From: Macrostomum lignano
Lineage: Eukaryota
Reading direction: 5' to 3'
Length of the DNA stretch: 51,038 nt
NCBI GenBank assembly: GCA_002269645.1
Contig: NIVC01000088.1
Span: forward strand, 1-51,038
The notes beneath the pieces are model-generated. The model saw only the letters and a program-made list of their open reading frames with translations, had not been told where the DNA came from and searched no databases. This document shows positions 20,153-32,100 of this stretch, one piece after another (the first letter of the stretch is position 1; each line of letters starts with the position of its first letter). The position numbers and the translations under genes were made by a program.

Positions 20153-20677
20153 TCATTCATTAGAAGTTTGACCAGCCGCTTTCGCTTCCAGCTGTCGGAG
20201 CAAGGATTGCACCCTAAGCACGCAGGACTTGCGAGCGTCGCGAATCTCAGCTTCGCCAGCGGATTCAACGCCATCCAAACGCTCCATGAGGCGGGTTAAC
20301 GACTCTTCAATGTGGCGATAGAGCTTGTCATTGGCCTGACCGCTAAACTCGTTAACCTGCGCCTCCAACTGGCGCCTTTGCTCTTCAACTGAATCGATTT
20401 GTTTCAATGCGGCTTCAATTTTAGATTCGCTGCTATTAATAGCGATTGGCTGAGAATTCTGGCCATCCCTGATTGGCTGACTGTTTTGGGCATCGCTGAT
20501 TGGCTGACTGTTTTGGCCATCCCTGATTGGCTGTTGATGCTGGCGCGACGGTGCCTGTGGCAGCCGGGGATCTCGCCAAGTTGTTGTTCGACTATTATGA
20601 TCGATAAAGTACGGATGACCGGTTGCTGGGTCAATTCGTTGCTCCCATCCGGGTGGCAACCGTTGCCCATTGTCCAT
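20153..20677 (-). CDS. BAG3: WW + BAG domain co-chaperone (BAG3-like), intronless, 174 aa
   Basis: WW: [35 protein letters not shown]: [45 protein letters not shown] at 20677; ATTAAA on minus at 20039-20044. The symbol rests on architecture, not on proven orthology. Confidence 0.88.
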   Translation of the reverse strand: MDNGQRLPPGWEQRIDPATGHPYFIDHNSRTTTWRDPRLPQAPSRQHQQPIRDGQNSQPISDAQNSQPIRDGQNSQPIAINSSESKIEAALKQIDSVEEQRRQLEAQVNEFSGQANDKLYRHIEESLTRLMERLDGVESAGEAEIRDARKSCVLRVQSLLRQLEAKAAGQTSNE

Positions 20678-23387
20678 GGGATCTGCGTGTGGCTTCAGCA
20701 ATCCCAGTGCAAATTAATTCAATAAGCTGTTGCAAGCAGGGGGTTTTTAAAGGAGCAGAATCGCAGTTCCATTAAAAAAACTAGGATGCCAGCTGCATCA
20801 GCCAGAGTTCAAAATCAAATACAATACGAGTACACTGCCAAGCCTCTCTGACCCACAGAAATTGCAGAAGTCTGTAGGGTGCCAATTTGACATCTTAGGT
20901 TTCAGTTATTATCTTAGATAATAAACATTGCAAGTCAAAGTCAATGTTTATTATAGCTTTTAATTTATATATCTTACTATCTTATTATTTTACGGTTTAA
21001 TAGACATTGAATTTCACTACTAGGGTACAAATTATCAAGGAGCAATAAATAGGTCTAATAAAATAAAATATTATAGCAATAAAATTTTGAAAGTGCAAGA
21101 CTGTTTAATGAATTTTTAACTACACAACAAGGATATAAATATTATTAAGAGAGGTCAATCAAAGGGGGTCAGAATTATATATGAAATGCAATGAAAAAGC
21201 AAGAAGCTAACAAACAATACCTAGGAGTATCTGCCTTTCTAGATTGCAAATTCCACTTTTTATTATGATATAAACTGCTACAAATCTACAAAATAGATCA
21301 AATAAAATTAAAGCCTAAAGTACAATAATAAAATATAATACATATATTATAGTCCATACTGCTTATATTTATCTATATTTTCAAAATGTTCTTACTAATA
21401 AATTAGCTCACAGTTGCAATTTTATTGTATTTTGTAGTTATTCTGTTTAGCAAAATTGCAAAGCTATTGCCTTAGCAATATATTTTATATATGATAATAT
21501 GAAAAATAAACTAGTATATCACACTGCTATTTTTATTAAATATTAGATAATTATATCTAGTTTGCTTTTGTAATTAAAAGCCAATTTTAGTTATTTAGTA
21601 TACATCTTAGTTTAAAAATATTTTTTGACAAAAGCATGCATGCCATATTAGAAATAATGTAATGTTAGAAATTTCTAATATAGCTAGTATCAAAGTCTTA
21701 TTGACAAAAATATGCATTTGAGCAATTAAAAGTTACTTTAGTGCAAAATGTGTATATAGAACATTGAGATCCATTATTTTCAAGTTTTATTTCCTTTTTA
21801 GGATAATTATTAATAGCTTGAAAATAATGCATTTTTTAAATTTTTTTATTTTTGAAACACCCTTTACTTTGTTATATTTATAACCTTGAGTTTTTAAGTT
21901 TTATTCCTTAACTTTTTTTCTACATTTATTTTCCAGGTTTTACTATATATTATTATATCTATTTGTTTTTTGATTTGCTATTATGATAATATTTATAATT
22001 AATGTTTTATATACAGCTATAAGAGAATGTTTTTGAATTACAACTTAGTATTAGCAGTGGGATTAAAATTTCTAATATATAGAAAAATTAACATTATAAC
22101 AAATTGGTAACAACATGATTATTCTAATATAGGAAATAATCCCTGACAACTATAGTAGAATACTTAAAAAGGGAGAAAAACACTCTTATTGTATATTTAT
22201 AATATAGTACATATTTATTTCTAGCTAAATTTAGATAAAAAATAGTTCTCCTAGCTTTTGAAAATAATTAAGGCCAAAATGAAATTAGTATATAATTTAG
22301 ACTAGAGCATTATAGACAAACATACAAACTTTAGAGATTTAATATGTTCAGACTTGCAACTAATTAAGAAGTTAGCATACATACAAACAAATTTTGTTTA
22401 AGCATTAAAATATTTTTATTTAGGCCTCTTTTTACTTTTACTTTTTTATTTTTATTCTAATATACCTACTATGATCTAGACTATAGTCAAGAATTTGTAT
22501 GGATTTTAATCACTAATAATAAATAGACTAATAAAAAATAGACACTGAATTCTCCATATAAATTTGGAACTAAAGTAACCTATTATCAAAATGGATATTA
22601 CCCATTCACTCAACACTCACTAAAGTGACTATCACCCTATAGTATATTCTAAAGATCATATTGAATGGATGCTAGAATTTATGCCAGAACTAAATATATA
22701 ATACATAGTGTCTCATATGCTTTGGCATAACCTGGGGCTTTATCTAGCTATTTCTATTAGAAATACACATATATAGATCACTATTGGATAGAATATTGGT
22801 CATATAACTGCTCTTAGTCAATAGCAACAAACATGTATATGTTGCCAACAGAAATGGCCAAGTGATTCCCAAGGTTGTACATGTATAATATTGCATAACA
22901 AACTAAATGCATACTAGAAAATTCTGGTATAAATTATATCCTCAAGTTCTTGAATATGGTAATTACCAAACTATCACAAAGTATAAAGAACTATAATTAC
23001 TACTAGTCTATAAGTGTATATAGTATATCTAACCTTGTATTATATTTGTATGTAATGTAAAAAAAACATTTTTTATAGATAGCATAGGAAACTATACTTT
23101 AGACTATAGACATAGTTAATTAGTAAGTAGGCCTAACTTAAGTAAGGACTACAATATTTTCAATGACTTGCCAATCAATATATGTGCAAAAGGCAATTTT
23201 AAATTGAAAAATAGACTTGTTTGTTTAGAAATAAATAAATTTAGCTTTTCTATAGCCTAGCCTATATATGAAATAGGCCTAATTTAATTAGGGCAGCTTT
23301 CAATCACTTCCTCTGCTAACAACTTATCTGGCCTACCAAAATCTATACAAATAAGCTTGTTGGCCAAATGAGTATAACATACACCAC

Positions 23388-23760
23388 ATGTTATTATGCA
23401 TGTTATTCCGCACATTCCGCTAGTTATTCCGCATGTTCCGCACGGTATTCCGCACGTTATTCCGCACTTTATTCTGCACGTTATTCTAAATATTATTCTG
23501 TACGCTATTCCAAATTTTATTCCGCACATTATTCCACACGCTATTCCGAATTTTTATTCCGCATGTTATTCCGCATGCTATTCTGAATTTTATATTGCAT
23601 GTTATTCCGTAATTTATTCCGCACATTATTCCGCATACTATTTTGAATTTTATATTGCATGTTATTCCATACTTTATTCCACACATTATTCTGAATATTA
23701 TTCCACATGCTATTTCGAATTTTATATTGCATGTTATTCCATACTTTATTCTGCACATTA
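23388..23760. repeat. Degenerate 12-bp-based minisatellite (TTATTCCGCATG)n
   Basis: Direct reading. Confidence 0.88.
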
Positions 23761-25655
23761 GTCTGCACATCTACTTTTTTAACATATTTCCTACCAAGGG
23801 CCTTTTCATATTGCTTGTTCTGGTTCCAGAACCAGAACCAATTTGTGAAATATAACTTGAAGTAAACTATTTAATTATATTAGGCATGCATTTCTATAAT
23901 TGCATGCAATTTTTTGCTTTATATATACAGTAAAAATACTTATACTAATATTGGTAGACTAAAAAACTTTAATTTTTAAAAATCAAAAAGCTATTAAATA
24001 TTTGTCTAGACTAATATGACATTTTAAGAACTTGAGACCTGTGGAAATATTGTTTGGAACATTTTAGTTTTAATTTATAAGCATACAAGCTGTTGAAACC
24101 CGCGGATTTTGAACCCGGGGAATTTCAATCCCTGGAACTATTTTTGCATGTACTTGTATTCTAAAATCTGAGGTCAAACTCAAACAAAAACTTGTTAATA
24201 GTTAGGCTAGAATTAAACATAAAATAGAGTACATTCGTGAAAAAATTAGGATTTGAGGCAAACATTTATATTGTTGGTTGGGGTGCTGTGAACAGGCAAA
24301 CTCTGGCCTCTGCATCTCCTTATGTCCCTTGGATCCTTAGAAACTTCGATCTTCTCTTCTGTTTCCTCTCCTCTCTCTTGTCTTTGTCTCTTCTCTTTCT
24401 CTCTCCTCTATCCCCTATTCTCTCGTCTATTCCCTTTCCTTTCTATTCTTTTATCCCTCCTCTCCTCCCTCCTCTCTACTTTCTACTCTCTCTTTTCTCT
24501 CCTCTCATCTCTTCTTTTCTTTTCTTTCGTCTCTCCTCTCTCCTCTCTTCTATTGTCTCTTTCCTCACCTCTCTTCTCTCTTGTCTTTGCTCTCTTATCT
24601 ATCTCTTCTTTCTCTTCTTTTATCTTTTCTTTCTTCTCTCTTCTTATTCTTTCTGCATGTTCTCTCCTCTCTCTTTCCCTCTCTCTCTCTCTCTCTCTCT
24701 CCCTCTATTCTCCTCTCATCTCTCTGCTCTCTCCTGTCCCATCTCTCTTTCTCCTCTAATCTCTCCCCTGTTTCCTCTTCTCTAGTCCTTTCTCCTCTTT
24801 CCCCTGTCCTCTCGGTTCTCTCCCCCCCCTCCTCTCTCCTCACTCACTTCTCTGTCCCTTTGTCTCACCTCTCATCTTTTATTTCTATCCTTTTCTCTTT
24901 CCACTCTCCCATCCCATCTGTTCACTCTCGTCTCTGGTCTCTCATCTCCCTTCTCTCATCTCTCGTCTGTTTACTCTTGTCTCTGGTCTCTCATCTCCCC
25001 TCTCTCATCTGCCATCTTTACTCTCTTATACTTGTATGTTTTCTCACCTCTCTCATCTGTACTCTTCTCTTTCCCCTCTTTTGACTCCTCTTTCCTTTCT
25101 CCTTTTTCCTTCTCTTCTCTTCCCTCTTCTATTCTCTCTCTCTTGTATTCTCTCTTCTCTCTCCACTCTCCTCTCTCCTCTCATATATCGCGTTCACTCT
25201 CATCTTTGCTCTCTACCCCCTCTCTCTTCTGTCATCTTTACTCTCCACTCTCCTGTGTACTCTTCTCTTTTCCCTCTACTGAATCCTCTCTTTTTACTCC
25301 TCTTCTCTTCCCTCTTCTATATACTTTCCCCTCTATTCTCTTCTCTTGTCTCTTTGCACTCTGCTCTCTCTTCCTTTATCTCTCATCTCTACTCTCTCAT
25401 CTTTCCTTTCATCTCTTTCATCTCCACAATCTTATCTCTTTCCTCTCTCCTCTTCTTCCCTTTACTCTATCATCTCTCCTTTCTCCTCTCTTCTCACTCC
25501 TCTCTCCCTCTCTCTCCCCTCCTATCTCTTCTCTGTTCTCTATTCTCTATTCTCTTCTCACTCTTCTCTACTCTCCTCTCTCATCGATCCTCTGTCTCAT
25601 CTCTCCTCTCTTCTCTCTTCCTCTTCTCACCTCTACTCTTTCCTCTCCTTCCTGT

Positions 25656-26253
25656 CCCTATAGGAAAAAGTTGTAAAACCGCGGACGGTGTCCGGCGCAC
25701 TTTTGAAATTTTTCTAAAGCGCAGCGCGCGCACAGGCGCAGCGCCTGCGCGCGCTGCCCTTTCTTACTGGCTGCTGCTCTAGCAAATACATATACATGGA
25801 AATGGGTATAATACCTCTGTTGAAGGGGCTTATACACTCGTAATTTATTAAGCTTAGAGATGTTCCGAAAATTCAATTTCAATTTTCCAAAATTTGAAAT
25901 TTTTTAGAGCGAATTTCAATTTCGAAATAAAATTTAGAACTAGAAGTGAAAATTTTGGTAGTGTCTAAAAAGTCGCTAAAAATAAACTACTTTCTACTAC
26001 ATATACATGTATTACTTTTTGCTTAAGCAGTAAATTGAAAGTAAAAAAGTGAGTGTTGATCATACTAAACTTTGTTTTTCTGAATTATGATTTCGGGAAA
26101 TTTCAATTTTGATTTTGGAAAGTTAGCGAATTTTAATTTCGACGAAACTGCAGATCTTTCGGAACATCTCTAATAATCCTAAAGCGCGGTAAAATAGTTT
26201 GACTCTTTTCTAAAGCGCGCGTCCGCGGGTTTTTAACATTTATTCCAATAGGG
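25656..26253. mobile_element. Non-autonomous TIR element with perfect 8-bp TSD
   Basis: TSD CTTCCTGT at 25648-25655 and 26254-26261; imperfect ~33-bp TIR CCCTA(T/A)...CCGCGGACG. Confidence 0.88.
25855..26172. mobile_element. hAT-like MITE nested in the previous element
   Basis: Perfect 16-bp TIR TAGAGATGTTCCGAAA / TTTCGGAACATCTCTA; flanks ATTAAGCT vs ATAATCCT (5/8). Confidence 0.72.
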
Positions 26254-27199
26254 CTTCCTGTCTCTTCTCTCGCTTCCTCCTATATTCTCTGCTTTCTTCT
26301 CGTCCTCACCCCACTTGTCTCTCCTGTTATCTTATATCTTTTCTCTTACCCCCCCCTCTCACCCTTCCTCTCTTTCTAATAGTCTATTCCTTTTCTTTTT
26401 CACTTTCATCTGGCCTGCAGCCATGAACTGGATTCTTTATCTGGCCTTAGAGTTAAAAATCTACCAATCCCTGCTTCGAAAGCTAGTTTATGGCACGTAG
26501 TACATCATGGTTATCATTTCTCATGCTTTAATCACATCACCTTTCTGGCCAATTAGCAGCCCTGAGAGAAATTTGTGTATCTCCAGCTCAACCACCACAG
26601 TCTACACTCTGCAGCAGTCTAACAACCAAGAAAATACGCATTTATTAGAAGTCATTTAAATTTTAAAGTTACCCTAGGCAAAACTTAATGTTAAAAGCTT
26701 CATGGTGTAACTAATTTAGTAGGATTGCATTTTAATAAGTTATTAATTTTTCACTATTTTTACAAACCATCCCGCACCCGCATCACCTTGATTTGCCTGT
26801 TTGCCAATTGCCATCCACTGTTAAACTGCTGCAGACTTGTCTATACAGAGGACAGTAGTTTGAATCTCTCACTAAACTGTTATGGCTAAACGTAGCCTCT
26901 CCACGCGTGGGGGTGCAGAGAAGGCTATTAAAAAGTTATTCCAAAACACTGTACATTTGCTATGTACATTCAGCCCTTATCGCCTGACCTTTTGTCTGGC
27001 TCTAGGGGAATGAGTGAGTGAGAGGCACAAACAACAGAAAAAGAGACAAATTTCACATGCTTACAGTTTCTGTTCTGATTGGGTTACAGAGTTGAGACTT
27101 TATATTTTGATAGAGAATGAGTCAATGAATAATTGTGTCAAGTTTAAAGTCAGTCGCTTTACATGGAGCAAACTTATGGCAGCTGAAAGTTAGTCAATT

Positions 27200-28555
27200 T
27201 TGAAACCCATTTTACACATCTGGGCCCAGATCGGGATCGAGAAAGAGAGGCAGGCGGCTGGAGGTTGGGGTGGTTGCTATGCTGAAAAAACAGCCTAATT
27301 TTAAAAGTGCACAGCACCGCTCAGAATTAACTTTGAGACTCGAAATTTTACATGCTTGTGCCAAAATAGTTGAAGATTGTCTGTGTCAAATTTGAAGAGA
27401 ATCGGTAGAAGTGGAGCAGCGATATGGAGGATTTAGTAAAAAATTGCACACTTTGAACAGTTTTTTGTACTTTTAGGTAGGAAGACTTGAGTCTAGAAAA
27501 TTTACAGGTAGCCTAAGACATTCTCTGTAGTAAGTTTAGGGTGGGTATAAAGTTTGGTGTCATTTGGTTGAGCGGTTTGTGAGTCCATAGCGAACAAAAT
27601 TGTCCACACACAGACACACAGAGTTTTGATTTTTATATGTAGAGATTTTCGAACCCATTTTTCACATCTCGTAAGATACGGAAAAGAGAGGCAGGCGGAC
27701 AGAGGTTGGGGTGGCTGTCTTGCTGAAAAAACAGTCTAATTTTAAAAGTGCACAGCGCCATTAAGGATCAACTTTGAGACTCGAAATTTTACACAATTGT
27801 GTCAAAATAGTTTAAGATTGTCTGTGTCAAATTTGAAGAGAATTGGTAAAAGTGGTGGCGCTATGGAGGATTTAGTGAAAAAATCGTGCATTTTGAGCAG
27901 TTTTTTGCACTTTTAGGTAAGAAGACTCACATTTGGTTGAGCGGTTTGGGAGTCCATAGCGAACAAAATTGTCCATAGGCACACAGACATACAGATAGTT
28001 TTGATTTTGGCAGTGCTTATCCCCACGGTACCGTAGGAATAATTTCTGTCTTATTCCAACGGTACCGTGGGGATAATTTTCTGCTTATCCGCACGGGTGA
28101 ATTGTTGAAGCAATGCAATAATCTATACAAACAAATTGAGAACTTACATGTCTAGTAAGAAGTCTACAGAAGCAGCGGCAATGGACTTTTTGGGGATGTC
28201 GGGATTAGACTAGTTGCTAAAAGTTCTTAAATTGTAAACAATTACTAGAGCAATTCATCTTAAATCATACGTCATAAATACAAAAAAGTGTTTTTTTGCG
28301 TAAAAAGGCCATTAAATCTTTACTTCTATCAAAATAATAGCCAAGCAAAGTTATGTTGTTATATTGCACTCAAACCGTAAGTACTAAACTAAATTATGAA
28401 CCCACGGCATATGTAGAAGATAGGCAGCTATCTCGTCAGTGTGCCGTGTGGATAAGCAGAAAATTATCCCCACGGTACCGTTGGAATAAGACAGAAATTA
28501 TTCCTACGGTACCGTGGGGATAAGCACTGCCTTTGATTTTTATATGTAGAGATTA
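27200..28555. mobile_element. Tandem pair of ~445-bp elements, Helitron/Helentron-like non-autonomous architecture
   Basis: 27200-27646 is repeated from 27647; each ends CACAGACAYACAGA...TTTTGATTTTTATATGTAGAGAT. The class is an inference from end structure. Confidence 0.55.
28009..28531. mobile_element. Mutator-like MITE
   Basis: ~88-bp TIR starting GGCAGTGCTTATCCCCACGGTACC with one mismatch; perfect 9-bp TSD TTTGATTTT (28000-28008 / 28532-28540). Confidence 0.92.
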
Positions 28556-29185
28556 CATTTTATAATAAATCATTTTTGGCAATCTTGCTAGATTTAAAGC
28601 TACGCCTATTTTTATTCTACTTTTTTACAAAAACCTTATTTTTGTTTTTTCTGAATCCATAATATTATAAGTATAAGTGATTAAACTATACACATAATAA
28701 TTAAAATATATAGTAAGTTAGTATAACAAAAGATTTTATTTAGGAATCAAATATAGTGTCCCTATGATTATGAATAAGTAACATATCAATTGCACTTTAT
28801 ACACCTATTTGAATGATTTTACTAATATTAGATTAACCATATTAACTAATCTTCTCTACTTTTCAGATGGAGCCAACTCATCTACGAGTTTGAGTTGGTG
28901 GCAGATAAAGTGACTAGAATCCATTAGGCCTAGGCACTGCTGCTGCACCCTACATGGCAGGCCTATGCCTAGGGCCTACATTACGGAGAAAAAAGCAAAT
29001 GTTTTTAGAAAGAATAGAAAATTCTTTTAATATTGAAAAAAACTTTCAATAAATGTACATTAATATTTGTTTTTCATAAGCATGAAAAACATTGCTATTT
29101 TTTATGAAAAAAGCTTCTTTAAAATTAATATGCTAAGCTATCTTAACTAACCTACGAAACAGCCGGAATTCATACTATAAGTATC

Positions 29186-29286
29186 AGATTAAACATGCCT
29201 TTTGAGGGAGTTATTTGTATAAATCACGAGGGCCTGAGGCCCGAGGGATTTATGAAAATAACTCCCGAAAAAGGCATGTGTAATCT
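29186..29286. repeat. Palindromic 100-bp element
   Basis: Arms AGATTAAACATGCCTTTT...ATAAATC / GATTTAT...AAAAGGCATGTGTAATCT around GAGGGCCTGAGGCCCGAG. Confidence 0.75.
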
Positions 29287-29935
29287 CGTATAAACCATAG
29301 ACATTAAGACTTTGCGGGATATTATTGAATATTACCAAATAAAATCCCGGAGAACGCAAATATTGTCACGGAAAGTCTTTATTTCTATGGATTATGAATC
29401 AAGAAGATTCATTTCAATTTTTATACTGGAATCGGTATTCTGAGCGATACAAGATTTAAAATTCCAGTGAAAACTCATTATAACAATGAAATCTATATTA
29501 ATAAAGTACGGAATACTTTTTAAAACTCAAAAAAGACTATAAAATCAAAATTGCAGCCAGGCATCTTGTTTACAATTTTTATATCAACATTTTAAGGAAA
29601 AGGCCAACAAAATTTGCAGAATTGCTTTTAGGTAAAAAGCCGTAACTTTTTATAACCTTTTCTGCTCAGCTTATCTTTAGTGAGAATCAAATGCATGTTT
29701 CAGACAAAAATAGAAATAATCCTGATAATAATACTTCAACTGGCAAAATTACAGCAATAATATCAATATGATCTCTTAATTCTGCTTGTGGCTGCTAGTT
29801 AGCGCAAACTACTGGCTATATTCATGTATGTTGGTGAAATCGAGCTGTCGAGGGTGCCCGATGCCTTTGATTGATTGATTGATACGATAGAATTGTTGAT
29901 TTGATTGCCGTTGTAGCGAGGTAGTTGGCCTCCTT

Positions 29936-30302
29936 TTTTATTAGAGGCAGGGGGGTTGTGTGCACCCTGGCGCACTTTAAGCGACATAGGCACACAACCG
30001 GCGAGAGGCATTACTGCCCATTTCGCCGACTCCCCTGAGCAGGCATACAAGCGCGCGGATACGTACGCAGGCACACACTCACACAGGAGTGTACAGCGGC
30101 CCTAACTTTATTTTATCGTTAGGCATGTACACTTCACTGCGTCTTGGGGGGTTGGCTCTCAACCTCAAGGCCGTTAATTACACGAGCAGAGCCAAGCCGA
30201 GATTTTAATTCAGCCCCCAAATTAATGTGACTGCACTTGGAATCGAGCCTGGGTCGCTGGCACACCAGAGCAGCTGCGCTACCGCTGGGCTACGACCCCC
30301 TG
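29936..30302 (-). mobile_element. SINE family A, full-length copy 3
   Basis: A box TAGCCCAGCGG, B box GGCTCGATTCC, tail AATAAAA, 13-bp TSD AGTTGGCCTCCTT (29923-29935 / 30303-30315). Confidence 0.92.
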
Positions 30303-31064
30303 AGTTGGCCTCCTTAGATGTTTCTCAAACTTAGCAGATCTTGTCTGCTTTGCCATTCTTAGCAGATCTTCTCAATCTGCTCGGAATTATTGCGGATCTT
30401 CTAAGAAGGGAGGTACATTTTTTTGCTATTCATTTGGCCAAAGTGTTCTAGCTGAACTATATTTTACTTTATGACAAAATGGGACAGTAAATTTAAGAAA
30501 ATATGCGATTCGAAGCTTTAAAAAGATATAAAAGCTAAGATCTTATACGATATAGCAAGTATTATTATAGCGAGTATTATTATATCTGGTAAGTTTTATA
30601 ACCTAAGTATTATTATAGCGAAGATCTTGCACGTTCTTGCAAGTACATGCGCAGCAACCCAAGAAGATAGATAAGATCTCTTAAGAATAAGTCAATGCCT
30701 TCTAGGGCTGTTGTAGTCAACTAAATACCGCCGTGCTCTGCGGCCGTTGACCGCGCGATATCGACGAACTTCCCTTTTGTTCCGTTACATGTGCACATGG
30801 TACATGTAGAACATGTACAGTAGTTCAGTCTTGCAGTCCGTCAGCCACTATAAGACCAGACCGCCGGTGCCAATAGCTCCATCATCGAGACCGTTGTTGA
30901 CATATATATACACTGAGAAATGTGTTCACCAATTAGTGTCCAAATGTGTTTAACTTAAAAAGCCAAGCCTCTCCGTTTATACATGTACATGTAAGATCTG
31001 CTGATCGCTATACATGTAGCTGAGATGCATCTAATATAAACATGATGTAGAAACTTTCCATTAA

Positions 31065-32100
31065 TGAAAGTTCCTGGGGTGAGCAATAAGTTTCTGGATG
31101 CGAGCAGACAGTTTCACTTTAGCAAGTCAAAGTTTTTCAAAGTGCAGTACTCTCCAGAAGAGTCGATGCACGATTGCATTTGCTCAAACTTATTAATTAG
31201 CAGCTTAATCAGTCCGAAGCAGGCACCTCCTTGAGATGCTCGATTAAGGCTTCCACTGCAGCTTCCGGTGGACCCATATCGAATGACCCCGCATTGCGTT
31301 GATTTGCGGAAACACAAAAAAGTCGCATGGGGCCAGGTCCAGACTGTAAGGATGGATGACTAAGCTCTTGGATGCGCTATTCAATATTTAGCCAGAAACT
31401 CGGCTATTCTTGCCTGGACTTGTGGGCCGGGGCGTTGTCGTGATGAAGAAGACCAAGAGTTTGAGTTCTTGGACGACGCTCACAGAGAGCGCTCAGCACT
31501 TGGGGCATGTACATGTACCAGTCACCAGTGACTGTGCGTTGCTGCATAAGTGGCATCGTGGCCAGATGACCCACAAAAACTGCCACCATTTGCTTTGCAA
31601 CGCTGCGTTACCGCCGGAGTTTCGAAGGTGGGGTGCCTTTAACAGGTGTTCACTGGGCCAACTGCTGCTTAGTCTCTAGGTCAAAACTGTAGATCCAGGA
31701 CTCATATTGCCACTGGCGATTTCCCATAAGACTGAGTTTGAGCGGCCACCATCGAATCTGCTGAGCATATATTGTGGGACCATGTCACTCGAGTCTGCTT
31801 TTGTTCCTGGGTCAGATGATGGGGTACCCTGCGGGCAAAAATCTTGGTAATTGTACGAATGCTTCTTCCCGATGAGATACCCAACTCAGACTATTTGGGC
31901 CACGTTAACTCTGGCATCAACTTCAACCATGGCTCGAATGGCAGCAACATTCTCATCACCGTCCGCTGCACTCCTGATCATCTTCCAGACTCAGTCTCGC
32001 TCATCGAAATTCAACAAGCCACTGAAAAACAGTGGATCTACAAGGGTGCCTCACCTCTGAAAGCGGCTCACAGGCGATTGAAACTCTCCTGTTGACGAAG
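31065..32100 (-). mobile_element. Decayed mariner element
   Basis: Minus strand, several frames: SLEDD..SGR, FARRVPHHLTQEQK (WVPHEL-like), LLHHDNAPAH, PYSLDLAPCDFFVFP, CIDSSGEY; TIR-like GGGGTGAGCAATAAGTTTC at the 3' end; partner TIR not found. Confidence 0.88.

Larger units (their letters stand above)
24340..26410. repeat. Pyrimidine-rich (CT) low-complexity tract interrupted by a MITE
   Basis: Almost all C/T at 24340-25655 and 26254-26410. Confidence 0.92.

Noticed and set aside
24092-24125. Third terminus resembling the 25656-26253 TIR (TGTTGAAACCCGCGGA)
   Set aside because: Short match, lacks the CCCTA end, and no TSD pairing found.
24237-25782. Long Leu/Ser/Phe ORFs resembling membrane proteins
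   Set aside because: CT-rich low-complexity DNA cannot form stop codons; no family motif.
30230-30302. tRNA genes (also at 7240-7302, 33920-33981, 44310-44375)
   Set aside because: A and B boxes are present but there is no full cloverleaf, and each is fused to a repeated SINE body.
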